A DNA stretch of 64,000 nt, taken from positions 2,502,258 through 2,566,257 of the forward strand of contig OZ199839.1 of assembly GCA_964304625.1 (NCBI GenBank), written 5' to 3'. The stretch's first letter is position 1; each line of letters starts with the position of its first letter. The position numbers and the translations under genes were made by a program. Of the stretch, positions 42,031 to 54,790 are shown piece by piece. Source of the stretch: Kudoa neothunni. Taxonomy: Eukaryota; Animalia; Cnidaria. Under the pieces are notes generated by a model that made no database searches, had not been told where the DNA came from, and was given only the letters and a program-made list of their open reading frames with translations.

Positions 42031-42906
42031 TGACATAGTTTAGAATCAAACTACCAGTGTCATTAGATCTGACATATTTTTAATTGTACTGAGTTATCTA
42101 ATTATTTTACTCAAACTTTTATATTTATATTTTATACATTAATAAATCTAAATTTATTCATATTATCGAATCATAAATTTTAATAAGATATACTTGATTT
42201 AAATATTGGAGTACAATAAAAATGTTGAAAATATTGTCAATGATCGGTTTTACGCATTTACTTGCGCATGCGTGTAGTAATATACGTAGCTATTTAATTG
42301 CATACATTTAAGAAACAAATAATTTTTTTTTCAATAAGAAATAAAAGAATTAGTTGTTTTGGTCACCAAAAATTCGGCAAAATATTTTAAATATACGTTT
42401 CACCACTGAGATCATGATCGGTCAATCTTTTTTGTCAAACTTAAATAATGTTTTAAACTCATTTTAATAAATTCGAAAATGAAGATAATAATCGATTTTT
42501 GTCCAATCATTTAAAAAATTTTATTTATGTTTTTTAAGGTGTCATCGCATCGAGATTGGATATGGAGGATATGTTTGGTGTTTTATAGTAACAAATAAAA
42601 TTTGGCTGCTTTAGGGAAAATACTGTGGACGTATTTTATTATTTTATTATTTCATGTTGAATTTGATTTTTATTCATTTCATTAAATTCTTTCGAATATT
42701 AAACAAAATTCATCTATTTTTATAAAAAACGATCCGAAAAAGTTAGTAAATCAGGTCACTGACCATATCTAGAAAATGTAAATAATGTATCCCGCTAATT
42801 CCGAAGCTACATTAAAACGTAGAATGGGAGGAATTAGAGGATTAATTTTTGGCAAGGGTTTGGCGTTAAAAAAATCAAAAATTTAGACATATAATGACAT
42901 AGTATT

Positions 42907-44666
42907 TTAAGTGGTAGACGGGCACAATTCACTAGGACCGTTCATGCTTTTAAGTTTGAAATCGAGGTAATCCAGCGCTTCAATTATTCGAAAATGAAGC
43001 CAACATGGTGTTTCGTTAACTCGTTGACGCTTGTAATTTTCTCCCCAACCCTTCACAAAACTAACTTCGATACTGCCGAACGAAGCCAAATCTAGAACAT
43101 CCTTATAGTTTTGTTTGTTACATTTAGTATCGACGATTTCTTTGAATTTATCCACGTCAAAAATCTTCGAAAAAAATGAATTTTAATTAAACTCGCAAAA
43201 ATACTTTTATGGATGTTTGATCGTTAAGTCGAGTGACATACATGAAATGTTTTCCCTCTATGTAGTTGATAAAGGGTATGTGCACAAATAAAGGAATAGG
43301 TGCACATAATGTGATGAAAACCATTGAACTTCGACGTTCCACAACAATGCCATTTTTTATTAGATTTTTGCATGAAATCACCTAATAACAAAAATGTATC
43401 TAGTTAATACACTTACATGTATCCAAAAAACTTGTTCATTTTGATGAGGACTGTACACAGAAGCCAAATTGAGAGTGTCAGCATCCTCAGTTTGAAGCCC
43501 ATTCATACACAAGATCCTGATAGAATTTTGATAGTATTTCCGATTGTATATCAAGTCATTTTTTCCCTCGCAATAACTGGCACATATCCATGGTCGATGT
43601 GTGTCAGATGTGGTAGATGCTTTGAGCATATATTCTGTAGAGTCTTAATGTTATAGCGTAATTAAAATATATGGATTGAAAATATTACTGGGACTTCCAT
43701 TTGTGGGTACAAGAGTGTAGCTGGGCACTCGATAACTGAAAAATGTCTCTAACGATAAGTACTGTAATGAATTCATCTTTGACCTCCTGTTAAATGTTAC
43801 CATTTAATTCTACCTCAATAATACCGGAAATTATTTTTACTTTAATTTTAAGAACGAGCCATCACACTCTAAAAAGAACTATTAATTCGCAACTCATAAC
43901 ATGTTTATTCACACTCTATACCTCTTTTTGAGTTGTAGTAGTAATGAAACGGATTTATGCAATAGTAATGATGAAACATTTGATAACTGCATCCACAAAT
44001 TGGCCTGGAGTCCAACATGCAAGCACATTTTACTTTGGGGTTATTGAACATGTTATAACTGTACATGTGCATACCCCAGCAGCTATTCATCATTATAGAT
44101 TCGGTACGATCCAGTTTTCGTTCTACCACCATACATGCTTGAATATCTATTAGAGTAAAATCAGATTATTAAACATGGGGGGGGGGGTAATTGTTGATCA
44201 GTCTACTTCTTGAGCTAATGCCCTCAATAAATTGACCCACGTCTAAGCATGATGCGATAATTTCCAAATAATTGGAAATTATGCTGTTTTTGGTGATAAT
44301 TGGAATTGTCTCGTTACTGGAATTACCATATTGATTGATGATACAAATGAGTTTCTTTAAGTTGTGATTATTGTAACCATGATTATCCATTGCAATAAAA
44401 TAAGCAAAATTGTCGGATATAAACACGCTAATTTAAACCTGCTTCTAATACAATTCTGTAAGCGATAACTTTTGAATCTTTTTGATGATTAGATCTTAAA
44501 TTAATCTAAGTGTGTTAATAAACAAATACTTAGGGGACCATATGAATGGGTATCTAACGGATAGAAATCACTATTTTTTGGCTTGGTTAATATTCCTTTT
44601 GATTCTTGTTAATTTTTAATTTCAAATCTCACTTGGAAATAAATTTTTGACAAATTTTTGAGTCAT
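42907..44666 (-). CDS. Highly divergent Smad (MH1 + MH2), multi-exon, 5' exon structure uncertain
   Basis: MH2 ending SIEVSFVKGWGENYKRQRVNETPCWLHFRIIEALDYLD..MNGPSELCPSTT*, MH2 start PWICASYCE, and MH1 end YCINPFHY. Confidence 0.85.
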
Positions 44667-46326
44667 ATTTTTGATTATAATAAATAGTTGGTAGCAATTT
44701 AAGTCGATTAGACCAGATTGGAGCACTAATTTAAAACAAAGATTACTGCTACCCAACAAATTTATAGTGACAAACCTCACTTAAAAATTAATATTTTATG
44801 AATATTTTCTTAAGGTTACATTCTCCAGTCAATTCAAATATTAATGAGGTGACATTATTAATTTTAAAACCATTTTTTGCTTTCATCATTTAAGGAATTT
44901 CGACATGACATCAAAATTGAATTAGGTTTCTTTTAGGGCACTGGCTATTGACAAGGAAGTTTTTACTCCAAACGGGCAACTACGCTTGCGCAGTGCCAGT
45001 TCTTAATCCCGGCTACCTCTATTTATAGTCGATCTATAAAATTTCTTTTTTAGAATCTGCTGTATTTAATTATTTTTCACCCAACGCTGACTAACATATT
45101 GCGGTATTTCAATAAACACATTTAAAAAGCAGTTACATTACTTACGTCTTAAAATTTAGACAATCACTAATACTGTTACTCAAATATATGCACCGAAACG
45201 ATTACTTCTAGTCGTTTATTGTTACAAATAAAATCAGTGAGGGATTCCAATAACTTACCTATTGCTGTTTTTAATTGGATATGTTGATTAACTGTTTACC
45301 ATTCATAAACTCAGATTTAAAATTAATCATCGTCTACAGTCAGGGTAATAAATGAATGATGTCTATTTTTGTTAGAGCATAATAATTCCCCAATTATGCA
45401 TTAACACTGAGTCGGTAATCTCAAAAAAAACTTAACTAATCATTTGTTGATGCGTCATCATTCAAGGATCTGATTGATTATCCAGGATTTCAATCAGAAC
45501 CGACTCTTTTGCAACGAAAGTAGACACCTACACAATCCGTGTTGACATCTCAGCATTTAAATGTCTAATATAATTATGACTTATGTACATTTAATTTGTG
45601 GACTTTATTATTTTATTTCGAAAACCGCTTTACCAATCTGCCAGATATTGTACATTGGAATTAATCCCAACATGAACTGTTGTTTTATTAATACGATTCA
45701 AATATGCTTGTCATTTTGGCGTACATATCGTTCTCATAAAATACCAAGACTCTGTTCAAATTATTTTACAGATATTTATAACCAAAATTAGCAGGTATTG
45801 GGAGAGAACCCACAATTACAGTAGGTGACGGCTCGTGGGCACCTGTCATGATTTAATGACTTACACAAGACTGTTACTAATTGAAGTAAATCGAATAAAA
45901 GCATAGCAATTGTAATAAATTATTAAAACCTTAGTTTTTGTTTTAATTCGCTGTAAATAAGAATTAGCTCAAATTTACAACTCATGGGCACTTGAAGAGA
46001 ACCAAGAATTTTCATTCTTTGAAAGATAAAGTGGATATAATGCCATGTTATGAAAGAATATCAAAAGGGGAAAACAGAAAAACTAAATTTCTCAATTGTT
46101 ATATTTAGAGTTGCATCGATATCACATTTTTAAAAACGAATACGAGTACTCCAAATTTCAGTACTCGTCGATACCGATACCCATTCCAACACCATGTTCT
46201 ACACATACCCAAATTTTAAATTTCAATTTTTTTAGACTCTTGTTATATTCTTATGAGATTACGCCAAAATTTTTAGTCATTCAAAAAAAGAGTTTAATTT
46301 CTCTAAAATTGACTGATGTTACTTAA

Positions 46327-48699
46327 CCCATTCCGGGTCCAATATTTAAATTTCCTTAAAATTCAAAATATATGTTTACATAAATCTTTTAATAGCGAAA
46401 TTAAATTATTATTAATTAAAAATTAAATTTTAATAGGAAAATAACAAAATTACCTAAGGGCCGGAAAAGAAAACAAAACCCACCAACGTGATCTTCTAAT
46501 TGAACGTTTTGTTGCAGAATGCGCGAAAAATTAACTATTTTATATCGAGAACAGAGTAAACTACTACGGATTATGAAAATCTATCGGGTCCTTAACGAAT
46601 ATAATTTTGACAATTTTGACAAAAGTAGATAGTCTTCTTTGTATACACAACACATCTTCGTCTCTTTTTCTCAGCATTAGTACTCTTCATAGGCCGGCTA
46701 CACAAAGACGTAGCACGAATATTTTCGATGGATTGTTGACGGGTTTGTTTTTCAGAATTATTTATACTTGCCAAATTGGCTACGATATATCTAATGTGAT
46801 TTAATATTTAAAAAAGCTGATTTTTTGTTTGCTTCTGTAATTAAATATTCTCCATGAATTAACTGCTGCGAGCGAGATCATGTTAGTAAAAAGAGACCAA
46901 TAACATTTTTTCGAGCGAATTCTTGTTCTGTAGCAAGATACACAATTGTCTACGGTATCAACACCACCCGTATAGTTGTTGTACATATGACAAATTTGAG
47001 GCTGTTCGATCGATACATAGCGCTTTTTGGTTCTGCAGTAACGTTTCACATGTTGAATTGGTTCAACAATAAGCAAATTACTAACAAAAGTAACAGGGTT
47101 CGTATCATTCCGTTGAATACAGTTGATTTCAGTTATAGAATCTTTGAAATATTCATGGTAGCCTTGGTGGTTTTTATTCATTAATTTCGGAGTCGTCAAG
47201 GGACAGTTCGACGTTCGGTTCATCCTCACTGTTCCAGTAGCAATAACACCCCTTCTTTTCAATTCAACCAATAATTTGTAAGAGGTGGAGAAATTATCGA
47301 AATACACATGGAGCATACTTCTATCCTTTTGCTCGTCGACAAAATTTAACACGATGCTTCCACCTAGGCCAAAATTCTTGTTGTAGATTTTTGTCTTACT
47401 TGTATATACACTAAAACTGTACACATATCCTTCAGAAGACTCCAAAACCCACTGCTTGAAACCGAAACGGACGGGGTTACCTTTCATATACATTTTGCGG
47501 GAGTGGTGGTCCGTATATGGAACCATCTGTTCATCAGCAGACAAGTTGTCGTGGAAATATCCAAATTTGTTGAAATTTTATAAAATTTCTGATTTATTGG
47601 ACTTTTCTTGAAAAATTTATCGTCTTTATCGAGTCTTGAATTATTATTGAAGTGGAGGTGTCGTTTTATCAACTTGAATCTTTGATAGATCATAGACTTT
47701 TTACAATTTCAACCCCAGAATCCATTGTAGTTTCCCAATACGTATGTTTCTGAGATAATCGATTGTAACCGATAATAATAAAATACCAATAAAAGATTAA
47801 GTTCTTTTACAGTTAAATGAAACGTGTGATCATTCTTTTGTCGTGCATAAATATTTTATTTCTTTAACAATATGTAAGAGCAAATTTTCATCCAAAAATT
47901 ATAGGAATGTTTCGTAGGATTCACATCTAGTGGCTGAATCATCGCGTATAATAATAATATATTTATTTTGAGAAACTGTTTGGCATTCAGTGGCAATTTC
48001 AGATGAATCATTAGATTGAGATATTTCACACCATGTAGCACAAACATTATCATTAAATGATTAATTTTCAACATATGAGAAAGTTTCTATTATACCTCAT
48101 ATTTCTGGGACGGTTCAAATGCCAGTGTCGTCACAATCTCTTGAAACGAAGGGACCTTCTTCATCAATCAATACATCAAAATTATCTGGAGGTAACGTCA
48201 CAAAATCAATTGGGTTCAGAATATCATCGTCATTTTCATTATCATAGACGGTATCAATTAAATTTTTGTACCTTATTATAACGTTGTAAGCACAAGGTCA
48301 AGTAAGAGATTAATTGGAATTTAGCACGTCAATGGGTTTTCGTTCTCTTTTAGGCACCGCGCTGTATTTTTTATATTTGTTACCCGCAATGACGATTCGA
48401 TCTAATTTAAAATTATATCATTTATCTAATCTTTCGGAATTATAACTTAGCTTAGAAACTCTAAATTAGCCATTTTTACGAAGTTACTGTCCTATTTTCT
48501 ACCCCAGTATACCATAATTACTATATAATACGTAATCTCAAAAGATATAAATTCATCATTAGATTTTAATCTTTAATTACATTCCTAATGGATAAATACG
48601 TGATATATATTTTGAAATAATATTCATCGACGAATTATTACAATTTCTTAGAGAGGCAACAATGAGGAGCCGAAAAGGGGAACGAAATCCCGGAATGGG
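46327..48699 (-). mobile_element. piggyBac transposon with both termini and a frameshifted PGBD-type transposase
   Basis: TTAA|CCCATTCCGGG...CCCGGAATGGG|TTAA. Motifs DEQMVPY, KGNPVRFGFKQW, YFDNFSTS, ATGTVR, YNNYTGGVDTVD, RHLHF and a C-terminal RRRCVV..FCQNC Cys-rich domain, spread over several frames. Confidence 0.95.
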
Positions 48700-49776
48700 T
48701 TAATTGTCAACTAACACTGTCTTGATATTAAGTTTATTCTATTTTCATTTTCATGAAATGATCATTTTTTTATAGATATATCAAAAACCTTTTCTATTCG
48801 TTCGTAAATTCAACCGTCAGAATTAAAATTTTACTCTCGTTTTCGATAAAAACAATTTAATCTACGTGTTTTGGCCGAAAAAGTGCATATTATCGGTTAG
48901 TCAAGTGATATAACCGATTGGAAATTTCCTTGTTAAATTAAAAAAATATTATAAAACGTTTCACCCAATACAAACATTGAATATGTCGTCATCGTATCGA
49001 TGAAAGTGTGTAATATCGGCTGCATATTGTATTAGGTGACACCATGGAAAATTTTTAGAAGGACTCACCCGTAACTTCCGCAGAGTTTTCGTCACGACCC
49101 CCATAGTTTGATCTATTTTCATTCGTCATCGCTCTACTTTACAATTAACGCTAATTCTAGGTCCTAATAGCCGCCAGTGCGTTTACTAAATATGTCCAAA
49201 ATTGAAGTAAATATTATATGAAAATATATATACGTTATAAATATTTAGATACGTTTATTATAACAAAAGTTTTAATTTCCAACGATAATTTAGCTGTTTT
49301 ATAGTTTAGTTGAAATTTTTAAATTATATAGGTATCTGTTTTAAGTCTTGACCAGTTTTAGTAACTATCAAATACTTTTTAAAACTACATCGATGCTATA
49401 TTACTTACATCTATGTTGGGGTTTTATTACTCCGGCCTAATTGACAATTACGTGCCCTGGAACAAACACTAAATAATTCAATATTAGTGTTATATTTTTT
49501 CGTAATATACTGGATATGCTAGTGAATTTCTCTTTTTTCAGGTACTGGGTACTTATAGATGGTTAACTTTCGACCCGATTAAACAAGTCCGTGAAACATT
49601 CTTCTTGTAAAAATTCCACTCTCTCATTGAAAATTATATTTACGCTGACGAATCCATTATATATAAGATTAATTATTTTCAGAAATTTGAATGAAGATTT
49701 ATACAAAGTAGCAATAAAGGAATAGAATAAGACCTACATGAATCAACATGACTGAAATCGCCTCCTTATAATGTGT

Positions 49777-50245
49777 CTTATTGCCGGGGACAGATAACAC
49801 ATCAGTGTGACACTCGGACTCAGAACCCTGAGGTAATGGGTTAGAATCCGCTGGTAGTCAGTCTACTGCTTCCGTGTAGGTGGGTCTCTATCCCATATTT
49901 TAGAGTTGTGGTTAAAGTGTACTAAGCTAGCTTGTGGAGTGGTGTGGTGTGCACTAGCAGCCAAATTCGCGTGAATGGGAGTTTGAATCTCCGGAATCCA
50001 AAGAAAGGAAAGTAATTGCAGCCCTCACAGAGCCATCGTCCTTAAAAGGATAGTGTTTGGAGTGGTGGTCGCCCCGAGACGAGGATGTTTAGTGGTTTAA
50101 AGTCCCACACTACTGCATAAAGATAAGGGAGGAGGTTTCATGCTACGTCCTACGGTGCCTAAAGCGTTAATGGAAGAGGTCTGACCAAACAGAATTCCAC
50201 AACCTAATAAGTTGCGCCAGGAGTTTTACCTTGAAAACAAAAAAA
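49777..50245 (+). mobile_element. tRNA-derived SINE with A-rich tail and 9-bp TSD
   Basis: Flanked by ATAATGTGT (49768-76 and 50246-54). Absent from the paralogous site at ~56307. GC-rich, with head GCCGGGGA..GGGTTAGAATCC (B-box-like) and 3' GAAAACAAAAAAA. Confidence 0.85.
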
Positions 50246-50397
50246 ATAATGTGTAATGCATCAAAGATTTTCTGAAGAAATAATAATTCATATCAACTAA
50301 CGAAAAAACGAATTAAACTAATTTAACGTGAACGTGAACGTAAAGTAATTATGTTAGTATGATATGGTTAAACGAGATCGGATAGCTGTGGGGTGCC

Positions 50398-51428
50398 CTA
50401 CTCATCCAAAAGAGGAAACGGAGGGTCTATAGAGCGAACGTACGACCAAAACATTGCTAGGTGTAAATTCGCGTCTCTATGATTAAATTATTAAATTTTC
50501 TTAAAACAAAATAAAGCTCACTCTTTTCTCGAAAGAGAATCTGTATGGTTGTTAAATTTGAAATATTGCAAGAAATTAGTGGAACATATACCGGCGGTAT
50601 TGCAGTAGACTGAGTAATCATTCTCCATATGTCTTGACCTATACTCATTGGCGATTTTTCTAGCTTGTAACTTACACTAAATAAAAATATGGTTGGTAAT
50701 ATTCTATTAATCAGTTACATTTATTCTTTTTATAAGATCCTGGTTCTTTTCCTCGCAATAAAACAGCATCACATTTCTTGCAACATTTTCTGTCGGAAAT
50801 AAGATGTGGTTAATTTTTCCAAAGTACTTAATATATATCTATAAATATGGAGAACAAATTTTTTTTACTGCACATAAAACACAATTCATCTCGTATTCGT
50901 TCAGGTTGACTAAAAAATTAACCATGGTAAAATGGATACAGTTGTTAAATATAAATATTCAATTTTTAATAAGTAAGAGGAATGTCTCTCATTAATTGAA
51001 TATGTTTAAAAATTCATAATAACTTGAGTCATAGAAACATTTTCTCTGACCTTCACAATACTCTCTGTGAATTGTAGACATGTTAACCAACGTCTCAATC
51101 GTAACATTTATTAATGATATACGACGACTCTAAAGAATTTTAATGAAAATATTTCAACTATTGTACTACATCTAGTCTATATTTCATTTGACTACGCGAT
51201 ACCATGGCTTGAGTACGATCTATGAGTATGTTTTTTGTTTCATCGCCGAGGCGACGGTAATTAGGAGGAGGAAACTAAAAATTCTCAACTTTAATAAAAA
51301 ATATTATGAACTTACAACAAAATGTGAAACAGATTCATTTGATTGAAAGTTAACGCCAATCACCCCTAAACCTTTTAAATGCTGTTAACACAAGGAAATA
51401 TACAGAAAAAGATAAAAATTGCAATCAT
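50398..51428 (-). CDS. Novel secreted 8-Cys protein, copy A (8 exons)
   Basis: Spliced: MIAIFIFFCIFP|WVIGVNFQSNESVSHFV|FPPPNYRRLGDETKNILIDRTQAMVSRSQMKYRLDV|SRRISLINVTIETLVNMSTIHREYCEGQRKCFYDS|INLNEYEMNCVLCA|YFGKINHILFPTENVARNVMLFYCEEKNQDLIKRIN|CKLQARKIANEYRSRHMENDYSVYCNTAGICSTNFLQYFKF..|DANLHLAMFWSYVRSIDPPFPLLDE*. Intron positions and phases are shared with copies B and C. Confidence 0.8.
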
Positions 51429-52851
51429 CTCCAACTATTTGTTATTTCTACCGGGGAGTTGCGACCCTATTGTATTTAAAGTGATTTATCTTATGTATTT
51501 GTATTGAATAATAATTTTTTTTATCTAAATCATATTTTAAATTACAGTGTAACTTAATTCTGAGGTTATTTTGAAGCATGGATCCGTGACTTTGGTTCCC
51601 AGTTACGTTTCATACGTGAAAAAATAAATTGATGTTAGTTCAGCAGGTTATTTAACTTAGGAATATTTTTTCATATTATACATTTAAACGTGTCAAAACT
51701 CGCAGAAAACTCAAATATTAGTATATTCTCATTGTTAAATCAATTAACTTCATTCTTTATCAATTCTGAATAAAACGTTATTTTAGTTATCAAAAACACA
51801 AATTTCGTCACAGTTTTTGTAGAATAAAAGTATGATTAATTTAATCTCTATGGTTTAACTGCAGAAAAATCGCCAAATTTATCGATTAAAGATTATAGGA
51901 AGCCTCATTATCGACCCATAAATGGTAACCTTAGGTTCCACATGCCTAATGCTATACTTTATCTGTTAATCCTACCTTGTTAAATTAGACTAGTTTGACG
52001 CTCCAATTTAACAATTTATGGTAGGAATGATAGCTCTTCATCGATCAAGTTATTTTAGATAATAATGGGTTAAAAATTTTACACGATAAATCAGTTAATG
52101 TTTGTATATAATATGAAATTTTTATATTTTAGATAGGGAATTATAAAAACCAAGCGTTTAAGATAGGTTGCTACAAACCTACAAGATCGTAGTTGCTCCA
52201 TTCAAATTTTAATGTATTAAATGATGTTATACCCTATCGATTCATTGGTATGATCAGTTGAAATAATTACGAGGTGCTGGGTCAAATATAATAGATGACA
52301 ACAACTATTATACATATAACATTGAATGAAGATTGTAAACTATTGATGATGCAACACTGATAAATACAACAAAATTAAATAATCCGTATGGTAAGTTTTT
52401 ATCGTTGTTCCTGATCTAGGTTACGGTAATTATTCAGCAATTTAACCTATTTATTATTTTTTAGTCTCATAAAAATTATTCTTCACGCACGTAACTCATT
52501 TAATATTGATTTACCACTCAGCTGAAGACTAAAGTATATTCTTTTTAATACATTTTTGACAACTATCGTAAATATTAATAAAATTATAATTTACTTTTAT
52601 TTAGAAATTTATTATTACATTAATATCAAGTCAATTAGTAAGTAAATATTAAGTATCGTTACCTACAAAATTTTTCTAAAAGAAAGCATTAACGTATTTA
52701 TTATTTATAAAATTATTTTAAAAAGCCAAATTTTTTAATCTCATATAATAAAAATTTATTCCCATATTCCTATCAAAGCGTGAATAAAAGTTCAAATATT
52801 CATTCAACGAATATAAAGGATACTACATCTATTAATTATATATTTAATTAA

Positions 52852-53545
52852 CCTTTCGACAGTTTCCGGGACCAAATTGACCCCTGAGCCTATTGTATTA
52901 CAAGTTTTCCATATAAAAAGTATTTCACAATAGTCATATCTAATTTATTCTCTTTAAAAATATAATATTTTATAATTAATTAATTAATAATAATTGGAAA
53001 CAATAGAATAAGCAACGATATAAAGACCTACAATAAATTTGATGCTTTTGGGGTCAATTTGAACCCAGGGTTTTTATTGCTTGAAGTGATAATGAAATAT
53101 TTAATTAGATGAATTTTATGGACAGAATACAGTGAAAATAAGGAAAACATGTATACGAGATCATACTTGATGGCAGAGATGCATCTGTTTTATCACGCCG
53201 TTACCACGAGTGACCCCAAATATGCCGACAAGAGTCTAAGGAAGACTACGATGAGTTTTTTTACATTGACTCTAATAGCGATGCTAACAAGATATTTTAT
53301 GTCAGTCATTCTAGCTATGGAAACTCAAGTTCTGATGGATTTGATGATAATGATGAGTATTTGAATGTGTTTTGCGAGTTTCCTTGGGTTAAGCTATGGC
53401 CCGCGGGTTCGAACCCCGCCTACGACAACTAATTAAATCGATATACAATAATTCTCTTTGTAAGCTTATCCTTTAACATCAACAAACTATATTTTTAATT
53501 TGTAAATAAATTGATCTTTATTATTTTATGGATCAATTTAACCCT
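52852..53545 (+). mobile_element. Possible piggyBac-like left end with acidic N-terminal transposase remnant
   Basis: TTAA|CCTTTCG start, recurring GGG(A/T)CAA(A/T)TTGA(A)CCC motif (~52867, 53050, 53530), and a D/E/S-rich open stretch at 53150-53360. Confidence 0.3.
53403..53427 (+). other. tRNA-like 3' fragment (T-arm plus acceptor 3' strand), not a complete tRNA
   Basis: GCGGG-TTCGAAC-CCCGC perfect T-stem/loop followed by CTACGAC-A. No complementary 5' acceptor strand or D-arm is visible upstream. Confidence 0.55.
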
Positions 53546-54399
53546 TTTAACTAAAACTAGCGGAAAAATCTATCCTCCAGGGGGCTCGGGTGAAAAACAC
53601 CACTGACTTTTTTTGTTTAAAGTTATTCAAAAAATAATTTTGAATTTATTCGAGAATGTTTAATAGATTCTATCGATAAAATTTGGAGCATATTTACATC
53701 TATTACAAAATTTAATCTGACTAGACCCAATCATTGTGGACTATATTCAACGAATGATAAGGCCTTGCGTTAAGTAGTGTAAAAAACTAGTTATTATCTA
53801 ATTCACCTGCCAGAACGGTCCAACTAGTCCAAGCTTCTTGCTCAAATAATCCCATTTTTCTACATAACCCAAATTGGCGCACAATCAAAATATAATATCC
53901 TAGGAAGTATTCTACAACATTACAATTCAAAAATAAACTTTTTTGTTGTTAAAACTTGATATATCTAACAAAATCGATGTTTCTCTATCCATCTAATAGG
54001 AAAACCTCAATATTATACCACCGGAAATTTTTGAGCGGTAGACGAATAATGCCGCATTGGATTTGGTGGGATACTAATTGCAGATTCTCTTGTTTATAAT
54101 TTTTCAAGTTAATACAAGCAAAAGAACCATGAGGTGTTTTTCATCCTAAGTCCGTTATAGGATAGAATTTTTTTGGGCATGCTCTAAACTTATTTTTTAG
54201 CCAAGTTTTTGATACGCGATGCGTTTAATCATTCTAGGAGAATATTGTAAATTTCCATTTACCATGATAAGGTTGTAAAATTTTATGCCCTCATTAAACG
54301 TGATTTGGAATGCAATAAACCCAAAACCCATTAGAGGGCTAAAAACATAATTATTAATAAGATAATTAAAAAATTTATTTAAAGTTATGAGCTAGTATA

Positions 54400-54790
54400 T
54401 TTCTATAAAACTTACTTTTTTGATTAAAGAAAATGAATAATATTGTCAATTTCGATAAAATTATAGAAACAGCCATTAAATTTTTAATTAAATTTTTGGG
54501 GGATACTCTACGAACTGCTTCCTTTACGGAAGAATTATTGGATAAAAATTCAGGTTTAAGTTTTTCGAAACTTTTACAGACGCCACAAATAATAACGATG
54601 TGAAACATTTAATGAAAAAATCAAAATCAAGATTATCTTGATATTTAGAAATCGACCTAAAATTTCGGATTTTTCAGCCATACACATCGTCCAAATGAAA
54701 AATACAACATCATACATTAGAAGTATTTGGTAACTTTTTAGACGCATTAATAGCGAATTTTTAAATAACGTTAAGAATAAATACCAACAG
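54400..54790 (-). pseudogene. Possible MULE transposase remnant
   Basis: Minus strand FAINASKKLPNTSNV*CCIFHL/..CVWLKNPKF resembles the MULE 'AxNA....P...GCxFHLxQxxWRK' region. Confidence 0.35.

Larger units (their letters stand above)
49400..52690. repeat. Segmental duplication unit A (homologous to ~55920-58760 and partly to ~58950-60500)
   Basis: Colinear similarity throughout, e.g. CGACGACTCTAAAGAATTTTAA..AAAATATTTCAACTATTGTACTACATCTAGTCTATATTTCATT at ~51122 and 57181. Confidence 0.9.

Noticed and set aside
41797-42049. Two YIYI-rich hydrophobic ORFs
   Set aside because: They are translations of an AT microsatellite.
49783-49860. Functional tRNA gene at the SINE head
   Set aside because: The cloverleaf cannot be completed, the T-loop is mutated (GTTAGAAT), and it is part of a TSD-flanked insertion.
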